Source: Vicugna vicugna
Taxonomy: Eukaryota
Assembly: GCA_013265495.1 (NCBI GenBank)
Contig: MU060666.1
Location: forward strand, 2,428,128-2,492,127
Direction: 5' to 3'
Length of the DNA: 64,000 nucleotides
Shown: positions 42,801 to 54,052 of the stretch, piece by piece
Position numbering within the stretch: the stretch's first letter is position 1
Layout of the letters: each line of letters starts with the position of its first letter
Notes under the pieces: generated by a model
Told to the model about the DNA's origin: nothing
The model's input: the letters and a program-made list of their open reading frames with translations, nothing else
Database searches by the model: none
Position numbers and translations under genes: made by a program

Positions 42801-44724
42801 AACCCACAGGCTGAGGGAGCACCTGCTGTCAGGGCTTCACCAAATACCTGGGAGAAAATTTCTCCCCAGATGTTCATACTATTTGGGCAAATTGCCGTAT
42901 TTTTACGACACCAATTTATTACGCTCCAGTCACCGCCGTCCTTGTTCCGTCACATAAAATTCCATGCTAAACCGAGAAAACTACTGTCCACAGTTTAAAG
43001 TCAAGTTAGACTTTAACCTCTTCAGCCTTCCCAAGGGAGTGGTCGTCTTCTGGGATCTGAGATTCATCTCAGGCCACTGATAAAACAGAAGTGGATCAAA
43101 GCGTCAGGAAGGGAGTCCAGGGTTCCTAAGTTGGGGGAGGGGGGAGCGCTGGAACCAGAGGCTGTTTACAAAGCAGCTTCGAGACCTTTAAGCCACCCTG
43201 GATAAAACCCCAAGCAAAACGCGGTGGGGCGGGATCAGAACCAAGCGGGGTTTGAAAAGGCCTTTATGTGGCTCAGGCCTCAGGCCCTTCAAAGAGCGCG
43301 TCCCTACCATCCCGGAAGCCGCCTGCAGCTGATCCCCGGGCCCACACCGCCCGCGCAGACCCGGGGGAGCCCTGGGGGCCGAGCGTGGATGGACAACGCG
43401 CTTCCACACACGAGAACCGGAGGGGGAGGCGGAGGGGGAGGGGAAGCTGGAGCAGCGACGCCGCGGGCTGCTCCTCAAACCACCGGCTCGCTGCTGCCGC
43501 CTCCCCGGCCTCTGCCTGTGTTACGGCGCCACGGAGAAGAAACGGTCCACGTGGGGAAACTGGGTCATAAAACAGACTAATAACCTGAGTAGCTGTGCAG
43601 GGAGGCCTGGCTGCCGCAGCGGGGTAAACGGAACCAGTTTAATTGTTATGTAAATTGCATTCTCAAACCCAGCAATTTATCCCTGATGGCCTGTTCGTCA
43701 GAGCAGCTTTCTCTGAGATAAAAACTGAGCCAGACCCTCGAGGGGCACAGACCCCCCTCTCTACACAGCCCGCCCCCGCCTGATCTCCAGGGCGCCTGCC
43801 TCCACGGAACACAGGGCGGACCGGCACCCTCTCCCGAGTCACCTTGGGCTCCACCGTGGCGCCCCGCCCCGCCCCGGGGTCTGCGCTTGGGGTAAGCACC
43901 ACTTCTCCACGTGGACAAAGGCAGGAAACCCTTAGGTTTTCGTTCTCGTTTTTTTACAAAACAAATGCAATGAAGTTCAATAAGACGTCAACCAGCTACG
44001 TTATTTATTTTTTTCGTAAGCTGTTATGTTATTTGATCGGTTTCAAAAAAATTTGTAGACTCTGCAAAAAGTGCTCAGAGCCGTGGGACGTGTCTGTGGA
44101 TCCCTCGAGAGGGATTTACACCTGGAAGAAGGGGGTGCGTGGAGCTCGGCACCCAGGCAGGCCAAGGAAGGATCAGCCCTGACCAAGCAGGACCTAAGGA
44201 TACTTACCGCAAAGGAAACGATCCCTTACTGGACGGCTCCCAAACACTCCACCTGTGCTAAGTCCCTCACCAGGTGCATCACGACTCCACACTTTCCTCT
44301 GAGAACAAGTCAGAAGCAAGCTAGAGATCACCGCAGGCATGACCTGATCCAGCCGGTAGGGCCTGGGGCCCAGGAGGACGAAGCCGGGTGGAGAGGCGGG
44401 GGGCTCCTTCCTGCTACGAGGGAACCACGGAAGCCGGCTGTGCTACACGGGCACACGAGCCACGCGCGGCCCGACTTGGCCACAATGGCCAACATCCAGC
44501 GGCCTCTGGCAGCCTGGCCCCCTGCCCGCTTTGGGGACCCTCCTGTGACCCTCCCTCCCGTTTAAGAAGTGAACGTCTAACTCAGGGACCAGGATCCTAC
44601 CTGCTCATTTACATAGGCATTAACATAAAAAGGGGCTTTAAGGACTGGATTCCAGCAGTAGTGAAACTGCAAATCTGCCCTTTCAGCAAAGTGTCTGCTC
44701 GGGTTTTTAAAAAGGAAACAGACG

Positions 44725-44825
44725 CAAGGAAAACATGCTGAATGGCACAGCGGTCACCTCCGGGGAGGGGGCAGCTGTTCCGGGCTTTTCTCCTTTCCAC
44801 ATTTCTGTACTTTCCAAATTTTCTT
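44725..44825 (+). mobile_element. L1ME 3'-end fragment
   Basis: cagcggtcacctccggggaggggg...ttctgtactttccaaattttct resembles the L1ME3/4 terminus. Confidence 0.45.
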
Positions 44826-44827
44826 TC

Positions 44828-44936
44828 CTTTTTTTTTTTCATTGAAGTATAGTTGATTTACAATGCGTTTTAGTTTCTGGTGTACAGCTGAGGGATCCAG
44901 TCATACATACATACACATATATATCCTTTTTCATTA
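44828..44936 (-). mobile_element. Cetartiodactyl-type L1 3' terminus with poly(A)
   Basis: ttttttttcattgaagtatagttgatttacaatgcgttttagtttctggtgtacagc...catacatac is the typical reverse 3' end of artiodactyl L1. Confidence 0.7.
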
Positions 44937-47900
44937 TCCAAATTTTCTATAAACATTGGTTGCACATACAAAATATCAAAAACCTTGAAATAACAAAGGT
45001 TGCACAGATCTGTGCATATGTAACACAAAAGGGAGCGGGCGCTGTTGCACTGCTTTCTTTTGAATGCTGACCCCTCTGATAAGAAGTCTCACTGAGGAAC
45101 TTTGACACAGGCTGATGAAGTCAACTCCCACATAAGCTTTGAAATTCAAGACTTTTAGCTTTCTGCCACTACCAGATTAATTCCCTGGAACTCCTCTGGG
45201 AAAGAAACAGGTTCTCCAGCGAGGGCATCATCTGCTCCTCTACAGTTACTGACTTTAAAATTTTTACCCTTTTTGTTTTTTACAGTTACCATGTTCACGT
45301 TAAAAATGCATCATGCTCCTTTGGCTGCTTAGGTGACAGCGAACAAAATGAAACTGTGATTCTGAAAAAACTCTGTAAAAGGCGAAGGCTGAAAAGATGA
45401 AGACTACGTGAAGGTGTAATAAAGAAACTGAAAAAACAGATCGGAAAAAGTGAACAGGAACACGGCCATTAAATTCCCGAGCGTCAGGACTAAGGGTCAG
45501 TCCCTCAAGAGGGCAGAAGGTAAGAAACCTGAAGAACAGATCATCCCCAAACGTGGTCTGAACGTGTAATTGGGATTCCACGGACCTGCGGGTGATACAC
45601 ATAAGAGACGAGAGGGGCCAGAACCAAACAGAGCCGGGTGTCCGAGCCCAGGGCTGTGAGAGAAGCTACTGTCCTGAGGTCCATCCTCAGGCCCCTCCCA
45701 GCTCCCCCGCCCTCCCCAAGGGCCGCACCAAACAAGAGGGCGCCTGGAACGGAGCGAGACGGTGTGGAAGGAGGGAAGTAGGAATCAGGCCAGAGGAAGA
45801 CGGTGGCCTCTGGGCAGAAGAGACCGCCCAGCGGGGGCACGAGGCTTCGAGGGAGGAGGGCAGGGCATCCCCGCGGTCCCCTCCCCGCCCATTTTGTGCA
45901 CCTCCCCAGACCCAGATACGGGGGCCCCCTTCCCACCTGCTGTGGCCACAGACATCCCTCGAACCCCACTCCCGACCCGGGGCCAGCTCCCCAGCCTCCA
46001 CACCTGCTTCAGTTCTCCCACATCCTCCAGGCCCTGCATCTCAGTAGGCGGGGACCAGGGCTGCGGACGGTCCCTGGCACACACAGAAGGCGCCTCAGCA
46101 GCTGGAGACAAATTCTCTGGGTGTCATCTGGAGAAGGTCTCCCTGGCTCGAGTGGGGTCAGTGGGGAGACGTTCGGTATGGGGAGGGCTTGCCCTGCGTG
46201 CCCAGGCGGCTGGGCCGAGGTGCACGCGCGCCCTCCCCGCCAACAGTCAGGGAGTCACCCGGCCGCTTTGGTCTGCTTCTCACAGCCCGGCGAGTAGAAG
46301 GAAAGGCGTGTGGGCTGAAGACCACTGAGCCAGTCTTTCTGAGACACTGGACAGTCCCACCGCGGGCTGGATCTCAGCTGTCAACGTCCAAAACGGGAGG
46401 ACACACGCTCACCAGGTACTCAGAATCCTCAGGGCGGGGCGCTGTCGGAGCTGCCGTCACCAGGAGCCCCAGGGGCAGGATCTGGAGCCGGCACCACGCG
46501 CTGTCCAACTCATTCCCAGTTGTTTTACTAGGTGAGCAGCAGCCAGTTCTCCAAGTACTCAGGTAGCTACTCTTAAAACAGCTCGCACGCTTTCCCTACG
46601 GCGCCCGGCCTTCTGCGTCAGCGACCAGCAGGGCTGATCCTTCATCACCCTGGTCGGACGTGCCTCTCCTAGGCTGCTCTCCGCCCCTCTCCAGGCGGCA
46701 TCGCCGTCCAGGTGGTGCTCTCGTCTTCGTGTGTTATCACACAGTCACCGCTTCCTGCACGACGAGGCTGACGGCGCTTCCGGGGCCCTGCAGGTGCCCC
46801 CCACGGTCCGGGGACCACCGTGGACTTCACAGTGCGCCAGTCCTCTGGCCGGGACTCCCCCCAGAGGACGAGGATCATTACTGAACGTTTTCGTTTTGCT
46901 GCACAGAATAGAACAGTTCTTCCCAACGATGTTCTGGTGCCAACGCCCAGCTGCCTAAGCCCACCGCCGTCCCGTGAGCTCTCTCAGTTGTCTGCTCACT
47001 TCCCTCCCCCAACACAACAAGGTCAGACAGTGAGGGACAAGGACTCTGGGCTGGAGACCACTGGCCCTGGAGAGGCGGCCCCTCTTCTGGGGGGGTTCTG
47101 GGGGCGGTCACCCTCACACACTCCTCCCCACCCTCAGAGGCAGCCCGTCACCCAGTCTGACGGGCCTGTCCTGAACAACCTTCAGGTCTGTTGGCCTCTT
47201 GCCAGGGACATGGCCAGCACTCTGGTCCCTGGCTGAGCGTGGTCCCCACGGTCTGTCCCACAGGGTGGCCTTGGAAACTTCCAGGGACCCCGAGGCTGCC
47301 CTTCCATCTCTGGCTCCCCCTCAGAGCACCCCTACCCTGGCCTCAGAGCCCCCACACATGCAGGTCCCACTGCTGGGAAGCCTCGGCCCTGACTCTTCCC
47401 AATACCAGTTTGTGGTTTGGATCTTGGTTAAAATGTCACTCCCCAGGAAGCACCCCTCCACCATCAAACATGCTCCTGGTGGACCTCCCCCACCGCACCC
47501 CACACTCCCTGAGATCACACCATGGCTCGCTCTCTGTGCTCACGGCATCGTCCTGCTGTCTCCCCGGACCCCCTGTGTTCCCAGCCCTGCAGCACCAACA
47601 CCTAGTGAGCACTCACAAGGAGAGGAAAACCAAGACCTTAGGAACCAAAAGGCCACTGGGAGCGTGGGCGAGGGGAACGGAGGGCGGCCTTTCAGGGTCC
47701 GTCCGGGTCCAGGACGGAGATGCCCAGGGACCCTCGATCCAGCTGGGAGCTCAGGAGAGGTGGCTGCAGGTGAGCCCCGACGCCCCTGGGAGGGGACAGG
47801 ACCAACCCGGACGAGGGGCAGGCAGGGATGCTCAGTCTGAGACCTGGATGTGCACAGACACGAGGAGAGGCTGGAGCAAGGACCAGGGAAGGAAGGGTGG

Positions 47901-48924
47901 GACAAGGCTGCGGAGCCAGGAGGGCCGTGGTCAGACGCTGGGGCTACGAAGACACAGCCACAGCTGTGAGACGTGGAAAACACACAGTATACACACACAC
48001 AGCATAATGAAGATGTGTGACAGCCGTCCACGCACGTCACCCCCCCCATGTGCACACACAGCTGAAGTACCACTCGTCCATGTCTCTGGGTGTGGAACAT
48101 ACGAGAAGGTCAAACTCCTAAGGGTCACCGGAACTCAGAGTACCCCAGCATCACCTGCAATGTGCTGTTTCTCTTATTTAAAGACTTAATCCAAGGGAAT
48201 GTGAAAAAACATCGATCCTCTGTGGGTACACAAGTCCATGCTGAATTATCCTCTGTACTTTTCTGTATTTTTAAACGCCTTGGTGTACACATGAGGTACT
48301 TTATCACTTCTGGGTTTCCACCTCCAATTCATAGCTTCTTCCTTGCAAAATGCCCTGCATCTCAGCCTGTGGTGGACAGAACCTTGTGGTGACGATCAGG
48401 CTAGGCGAGGCTGGCTTGAGATCCAAGCCCCCAGTCCGCTGTCTCCCGGTGTCCTGCCCCAGTCTGGGCTGTCTGTGCACCTCCTGGGGCTATGCAGACC
48501 TATTCAAGGTAAAATCTCCTGTACTCTGAGCTCCCATCCTCCAGACAAGCAGCTCGGAGAAACACAAGAAGACAAAGCTACTAATTCGCTCTGATCACAC
48601 AACCTTAGGCCCAGGAGGGGTCCTGGTGATGCCAAACCCGGGCCGGAAAGCCACCCTCTCCAGAGCTCCCGGGCGACCAGCCCCTCGGCTAGAAGGCGCG
48701 GGGCCGGCTACCCACTGTGCTGAGCTAGGGGCACTGCAATGGCTCCCAGCAACAAACCAGATCTCACTTCTGGCACCCGCGTGCCTCACCGAGCGAGCAC
48801 AGCCTCTCTCCTACTCGGTGACTAGTAACGACAGCAGTGAAGATGGCTATGAGCTGGGCGCAGTCCAAGCGGGTCCAGAACCAGGCACCGAGGTGAGGGC
48901 TTTTCATTCGTTCACTCACTTCCA

Positions 48925-49055
48925 GGTCTCATGATGACCCAGGAAGCAGGCAGTGTGCCTGTTTTACAGATGGGGAGATGGGACCTTCAGTTAGGTCCCT
49001 TGCTCAAGGCTACCAGCTGGGTGGTGATGAAGCCAGATCTTTTAAAACCTAAGCT
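48925..49055 (-). mobile_element. MIR fragment
   Basis: gttttacagatggggagatggg...ttgctcaaggctaccagctgg resembles reverse MIR attttacagatgaggaaactgagg...ttgcccaaggtcacacagct. Confidence 0.6.
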
Positions 49056-49124
49056 ACCATAATGTTTGACCACTTTCTTTGGCCAGATTGCTTCTGGCCA
49101 GAGCCCTCCTGTTTGTGATTAATT

Positions 49125-49260
49125 TTGCCAACAATTTATAAACTGCCAACTATGTGTCAATCACACTGGTAGGAGGCATCAAGGTTATAGTAACAAATCA
49201 TAAAAGCACAGCCCTGCTCCCCCAGCACTCAGAGAGTGTCAGATAAACAGCTACAAATCA
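49125..49260 (-). mobile_element. L2 3'-end fragment
   Basis: caacaatttataactgccaactatgtgtcaatcacactgg...agccctgctccccc resembles the reverse L2 tail. Confidence 0.45.
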
Positions 49261-49497
49261 CTCCAGGAACAGAGAGACGGCCCGACGGGGAACCCTGCGG
49301 CGCTGAGGGGGCGCTGCCCGCGGGACCTCGCCTCGGAGAAGCGCCGGGAAGGCTGCCTGCAGACAGGGGGTCTGGGCAGCAGAGCTGCAGCCAGGAAGGA
49401 GCCCCTCCTCGGCACTTACTGAGCGGCACTTGGAGGCTCTGGCCAACTGAACAAGACAACAGAGAGAAACGAGAGATGAAGCAGTAGAAGACACAAA

Positions 49498-49610
49498 GTG
49501 ATCGCTATCTGCAGATGAAGATTCTGGCCTAAAAACACACCTGAAAAGTGAGTTAGAAAACTGTTACTAAAACCAGTAAGTGTGGTTGGATACAAAATTA
49601 GTATTATTCC
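49498..49610 (+). mobile_element. L1 ORF2 (RT region) fragment
   Basis: ctatctgcagatgaagattctggcctaaaaacac...ggatacaaaatt resembles atttgcagatgacatgat...tagaaaacc...ggatacaagatc. Confidence 0.45.
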
Positions 49611-49789
49611 AGTACTGAATCTCAGAAATTACTTATGAATTACAAGAAGAAGAGCAGTGGCTATTTGGTGAAGCTCGACCACACCGAAACCAAGGGACCA
49701 CACGAGCCCCACGGGGCAGGCTCTCCCCCCGCAACCCCCGTGTCTGGGCGGCGCCCCGAGCAGGGCGCACGGCCCCCTTCCCACATTTC

Positions 49790-50220
49790 AGCCAGAGACG
49801 CTCCAGCCAACCCCCTCAGGATGTCGTCCAATCGGATAAACCTAGATGGGAGGATGTCCGATAGAGTAACTCCTCTTTTCCTCAGAAACGTCCAGGTCCG
49901 TGGAGACGAGGCAGGGCTGAGGAGCTGTTCCAGGTTAAGGAGGCTGAAGGGACAGGCACCTGGACGCAGCCTCCATCCCGACCCGCCCCAGACGGCGGTG
50001 GAACCTGCAAGGACTGCCAGAGCCGGCGCCGGGTGGGGGTCCGATGCAGCGTCACAGCACCGGGACTTTCCCAGAACTCAGCACCACCGCGGCAGTTATA
50101 GAAAACACCCGTTCTCAGGAAGGTCACACGGCAGTGCTGAGGGGAGGGGGCCCACCCTTCCCACGTGTGAGATCTGACTCTTTAGAAAAGAATCAGGGGA
50201 ACAGAACGCATCTGTATTAA
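49790..50220 (+). mobile_element. L1MC/L1MD-class 3' UTR relic, GC-shifted
   Basis: cagaaacgtccaggtccgtggagacgaggcagggctgaggagctgttccaggttaaggaggctgaagggaca resembles aaatgtcaaggtcatgaaagacaaagaaagactgaggaactgttccagattaaaggagactaaagagaca. Confidence 0.55.
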
Positions 50221-53200
50221 CCATCCCCCAGAGAAATGATAAAACAGCCGGGATTAAACATAACAAGGAACACGGGGTCCACGGAAAGGAAACCAGTAAT
50301 GTGAAGGTGCTGACGGCCACGTGTGACCACGTGTGCTCTGGAGCGGGCTGTGCGACCTGCGTTAGGCTTCTGTGCCACGTGGCCTGTCTCACACGCAGCC
50401 GGAGCCTGTAAACAAGTGGGCGTGGCCCCGCTCCAAGGCCACAGCTTCACCCAACACGGGCCTGAGGGGCCCTGGCTCACAGGCTGCAGTCTGGCTACAC
50501 CCAAGCCAAGTGTTTCTCCCCACGTCCACGGCCCTGGCCTGAGCTCAGGGGCGCAAGAGCAGACGTGAGGCCTGCCTAGCCCCTCACACTGCCCCCCACA
50601 ACCTCCCCGAAGGCCTGGTGCAGACATCACTGCAGCCTGGAGGCCGAGCTAACGAGGAGGGTGGGGAAGGTGTGCCACGACACTGGACGGTGCTGGCCTG
50701 GGTCCGTGCATCGCCACTTGAAGATTTTTCTGACCGTGGATCAAAAACACCTATTTCGGACTTTCCAGGAGCTAGGCATTGAAATTTGCCCTTTCCAGCA
50801 GCCAGCAAGCTACACAAGATTAGGTGCATAAGTAAACACTCGGCAGATGTTTAGTGTCTCCCAAGAGCCAGGCTGGCCCTGGGAACGCAGCCCCACCCTG
50901 GTGGAACTTATGGCTCTCGGAGGGGGACGGACACAAGCCCATGTTCACACAGCATAGTGACCAACCCCGGGGAGTCCTCAAAGCACAGGCACCACGCAAG
51001 CACGTGAACAACCGCCACCTGTCTGAGCAGGTGTCCATGCAGATGTGCGCACATCTGCTCACCAAGGCATCGAAAAGCAAGGGCGGGGAACCCAGATACC
51101 CGCAGTCGGGAGCTGCACCAGCATGGAGTCCACAGACAACCAACACGCCCGTAGACCCAGGGCTGCAGAGGGCCAGGGAGAGCTGGGGTTTTTTGTTTGT
51201 TTTTTTTAACTAATTGAAGTACAGCTGATTTACAATAGGTAGAGTTTAAAAAAAAATTTCTCCAAAGCTGTTCTGTCTTTACTGACAATGTACAGGAGTC
51301 ATGTCTCAGGTCCTGACTTTCTTCCTCTGGCCTCCAGAACTCGGGCAATAGAGGGAAAAGCAGAAGCCATCCATTCGAATGTGCCCGCGGCCCCGAGGGG
51401 CGGAAACCGGAGGACACGCCCCCGCCCGCCGCACAAGTCTCAAGGAAGGGCCAGGGCCTTCCCCACAGCGGCCCCCCACTTACCAGGTGGTCTGCCTGAC
51501 CCCGCGGCCTGCACCCCTCCTTCCTCCCCGTCTTCCCACCGCAAAGCCACAGTGGGAAATCAGATCCGTGCCTCCGGGGTGAACGCGGTAAACTGAGACG
51601 GTGGCCGCACCCGGGACTTGGGACCCACGGACCTGCCAACTCCCCAGAGCCACCCTTAGGCACACGTGGCCATTTTCACCTGCACTAATTGAAAAGCTAA
51701 GTAAAAACTAAAGTTCAGTCCTTCGGTCACGTTCGCCCCACTTCAAGCGTTCTCAGCTGTGCAGGACCGGGGCTGCAGGCTGGGCGGCGTGGACAAGGAA
51801 ACCTTCCACTGCTGCAGAACATTCCAGACTCCATGGGTCCCTGCCAGCGAACCCAAGGGTAGGTGGGCCTGGAAAGCCTGTCCACACCACAGCTTCAGAG
51901 CAAAACATGACTGCTAAGCTGGATGAGCTGCCAGCCAAGTAACCACAGGCCAGGAGCTCCCGGTCGTGAGTGCCCTGGTTTACACGGGCTCCAGATACAG
52001 GCAGTGAGCGACCCGAGCCACCGTCCCTGGCTGGATCTATCTGCCAAGCGGACCGGACGCTGATGTCCCCGTGGGTGGAGGTGGGGACACAAGCCTCCAC
52101 TGTGCAACACCCCTCTTCCCAGGACCCCGTGGCCTCCAGCCTGCTCACTGCATCCACGTCATCAGATTTCACTCTAACTTGCTTTCAAAATCAGGTCCAA
52201 AGAGTGACTAAGTCTACAATTTTTTTTTTTCACCAAGGAACACTCCAGCCAAGGCTTCCTGGTAACATATAGGAAGCTCCCGAATTTCATCAGTCAACTG
52301 GACCCAAGCCACGTGACAGGAGGCAGTGTTTCCGGGAAGGCTTTCCGTGGGCAGCGGTCCAGCCCGGCCTGTGCATCCATCCGAGCTTGACTCAGGCATG
52401 GGCTCCCTGCAGCCCATGATGAAACCCACTGCGGTGGCTCCCCAACGTCAAAGGAACACCCAACACGTCAGATCACCACCAGCCACTTTACATGGAGATG
52501 TGCACAAAATTGCAACATAAAGCTATCAAATTATTTTTTGAATTCTGTATGCTGCCCCGAAGAACCAGACTCTCTGTGAAACAGAGCAGCGTGAGCCTGG
52601 AGTGGGGCAGCGAGGCAGGCCCCCCAGAACACTAACCTTGTAACTGCCCATTTGGACCGATCACAAGTATCTTTTGTGTGATATGAATCACAAAAGGCAA
52701 AGCTCTTTCAGAACAGACGGAAGATCAGTTTTCTCCTCTGTGTAACATTGATTTACTGTGAGGAGGGAAGAAAGAAAAGTATTCACGGAGCAAAATCTCA
52801 GATGGGGGACGGAGAGTGAGTATTTATCTTTATCCAAAGGGGACCGTCTTTTTTTTTTTAACAAGTGTGCTTAGAAAGGTTCCAAGGAAAACCCCGAACA
52901 AGGACTGTGTCCTTAAAAACACGTTGTCACTGACATCCCTTGAGGGATGCGTCACTCCACGCCCACCCTGCTTCACTCTGCCTTTTCCTGGTGTCCCCAC
53001 GCCCTCGGCTGAAGGGAAAAAGCGGGGGTGTCACTGGGGAACCCCACAGCATCCTACTTGGTTACGGGAAAATAACAGAAATAATTGGCAAGATGGCCAG
53101 TTCCATTTCAAATAAGCAGGAATTGACTGTACGTACAAAACAATTACTAAAGTTACACCAAATTATGCCACAAGATGCCAATAAAGGCCAAAGACTACAT

Positions 53201-53374
53201 TATACAACTTCCTTATTTCTACAAAAATGTACTGTCGCTTGACTTTTACAGCAAATTTAAAAGTCAGACTACATCGAAAAGCCCGAGCCTCTCAAAGATT
53301 TCCATTTTCAAAACCATGAGTTGCTGGGTGCAAGGGATCAAATTCAGCTACCTGTCAAAGAAAGATAAAATATA

Positions 53375-54052
53375 CTTTTCTTTGTATAATAAGATATATT
53401 GACATTAGATGATTTACATAACTCAATCGATGTTTTTCTGAATGACCAACGTATGAGGTTATAAAATCATGTGCTGGTAGAAGATTTATTCAAAATGCAG
53501 GAGAGAGCAACAGATTTTAATGTAACAGAGTTTTACAGAAAGTCCACTGACGAGGGTTCAGACTCCATCCTGCAATTAACCTTTAAGAAAGGGCCACTGT
53601 CAAGTTTTGGAGAGGCCCCGAACAACAGCATCCTCAGTCTTCTGACAGGCCTCCGAGAGGCTCCTCCCTCCTCCGGCTACACGTCAGGGTGAGTCTGGGT
53701 TTCCTTCATACGCGTCACAGAAACAAAGCATCACAACAGCCCCAAAGCGGGGGCGGCGGGGCAGTTCAGCTGTCTTCTATTCAGATGGACTTTTTACCAA
53801 AAAAAAAAAAAAAAAAGAATACCCTGACACTAAATGTTTTCGTTTGGGGAGACAGAGCCACTTTTTCATAAAAAATAGGCTTATTACTGCTATTTTTGAA
53901 TAGAATAATAAATAGACTTTAATTTGTCAGGTCTAATTTCTAACATGCTAAGTATAACAAACAAATCTCACATAAACAGAAGTTCCCCGGGGACCTCAGT
54001 AATGTGTGAGGGTGTAAAAGGGCTCTTGGATCCAAAACTCTGAGAGTGGCTG
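53375..54052 (+). mobile_element. Charlie1-type hAT DNA transposon, 3' part including terminus
   Basis: gattttaatgtaacagag...ctgcaattaacctttaagaaa...cagctgtcttctatt...cacataaacagaag...gtgtaaaagggctcttggatccaaaactctgagagtggctg follows the recalled Charlie1 consensus to its terminal ...ctg. Confidence 0.8.

Noticed and set aside
45001-45016. Perfect 16-bp palindrome TGCACAGATCTGTGCA
   Set aside because: About one such palindrome is expected by chance in 64 kb (64000/4^8).
47191-48189. 332-aa ORF and the many other 100-300 aa ORFs in the six-frame track
   Set aside because: Pro/Gly/Arg/Ala-rich low-complexity translations overlapping in several frames, with no recognisable domain; expected by chance in GC-rich, stop-poor DNA.
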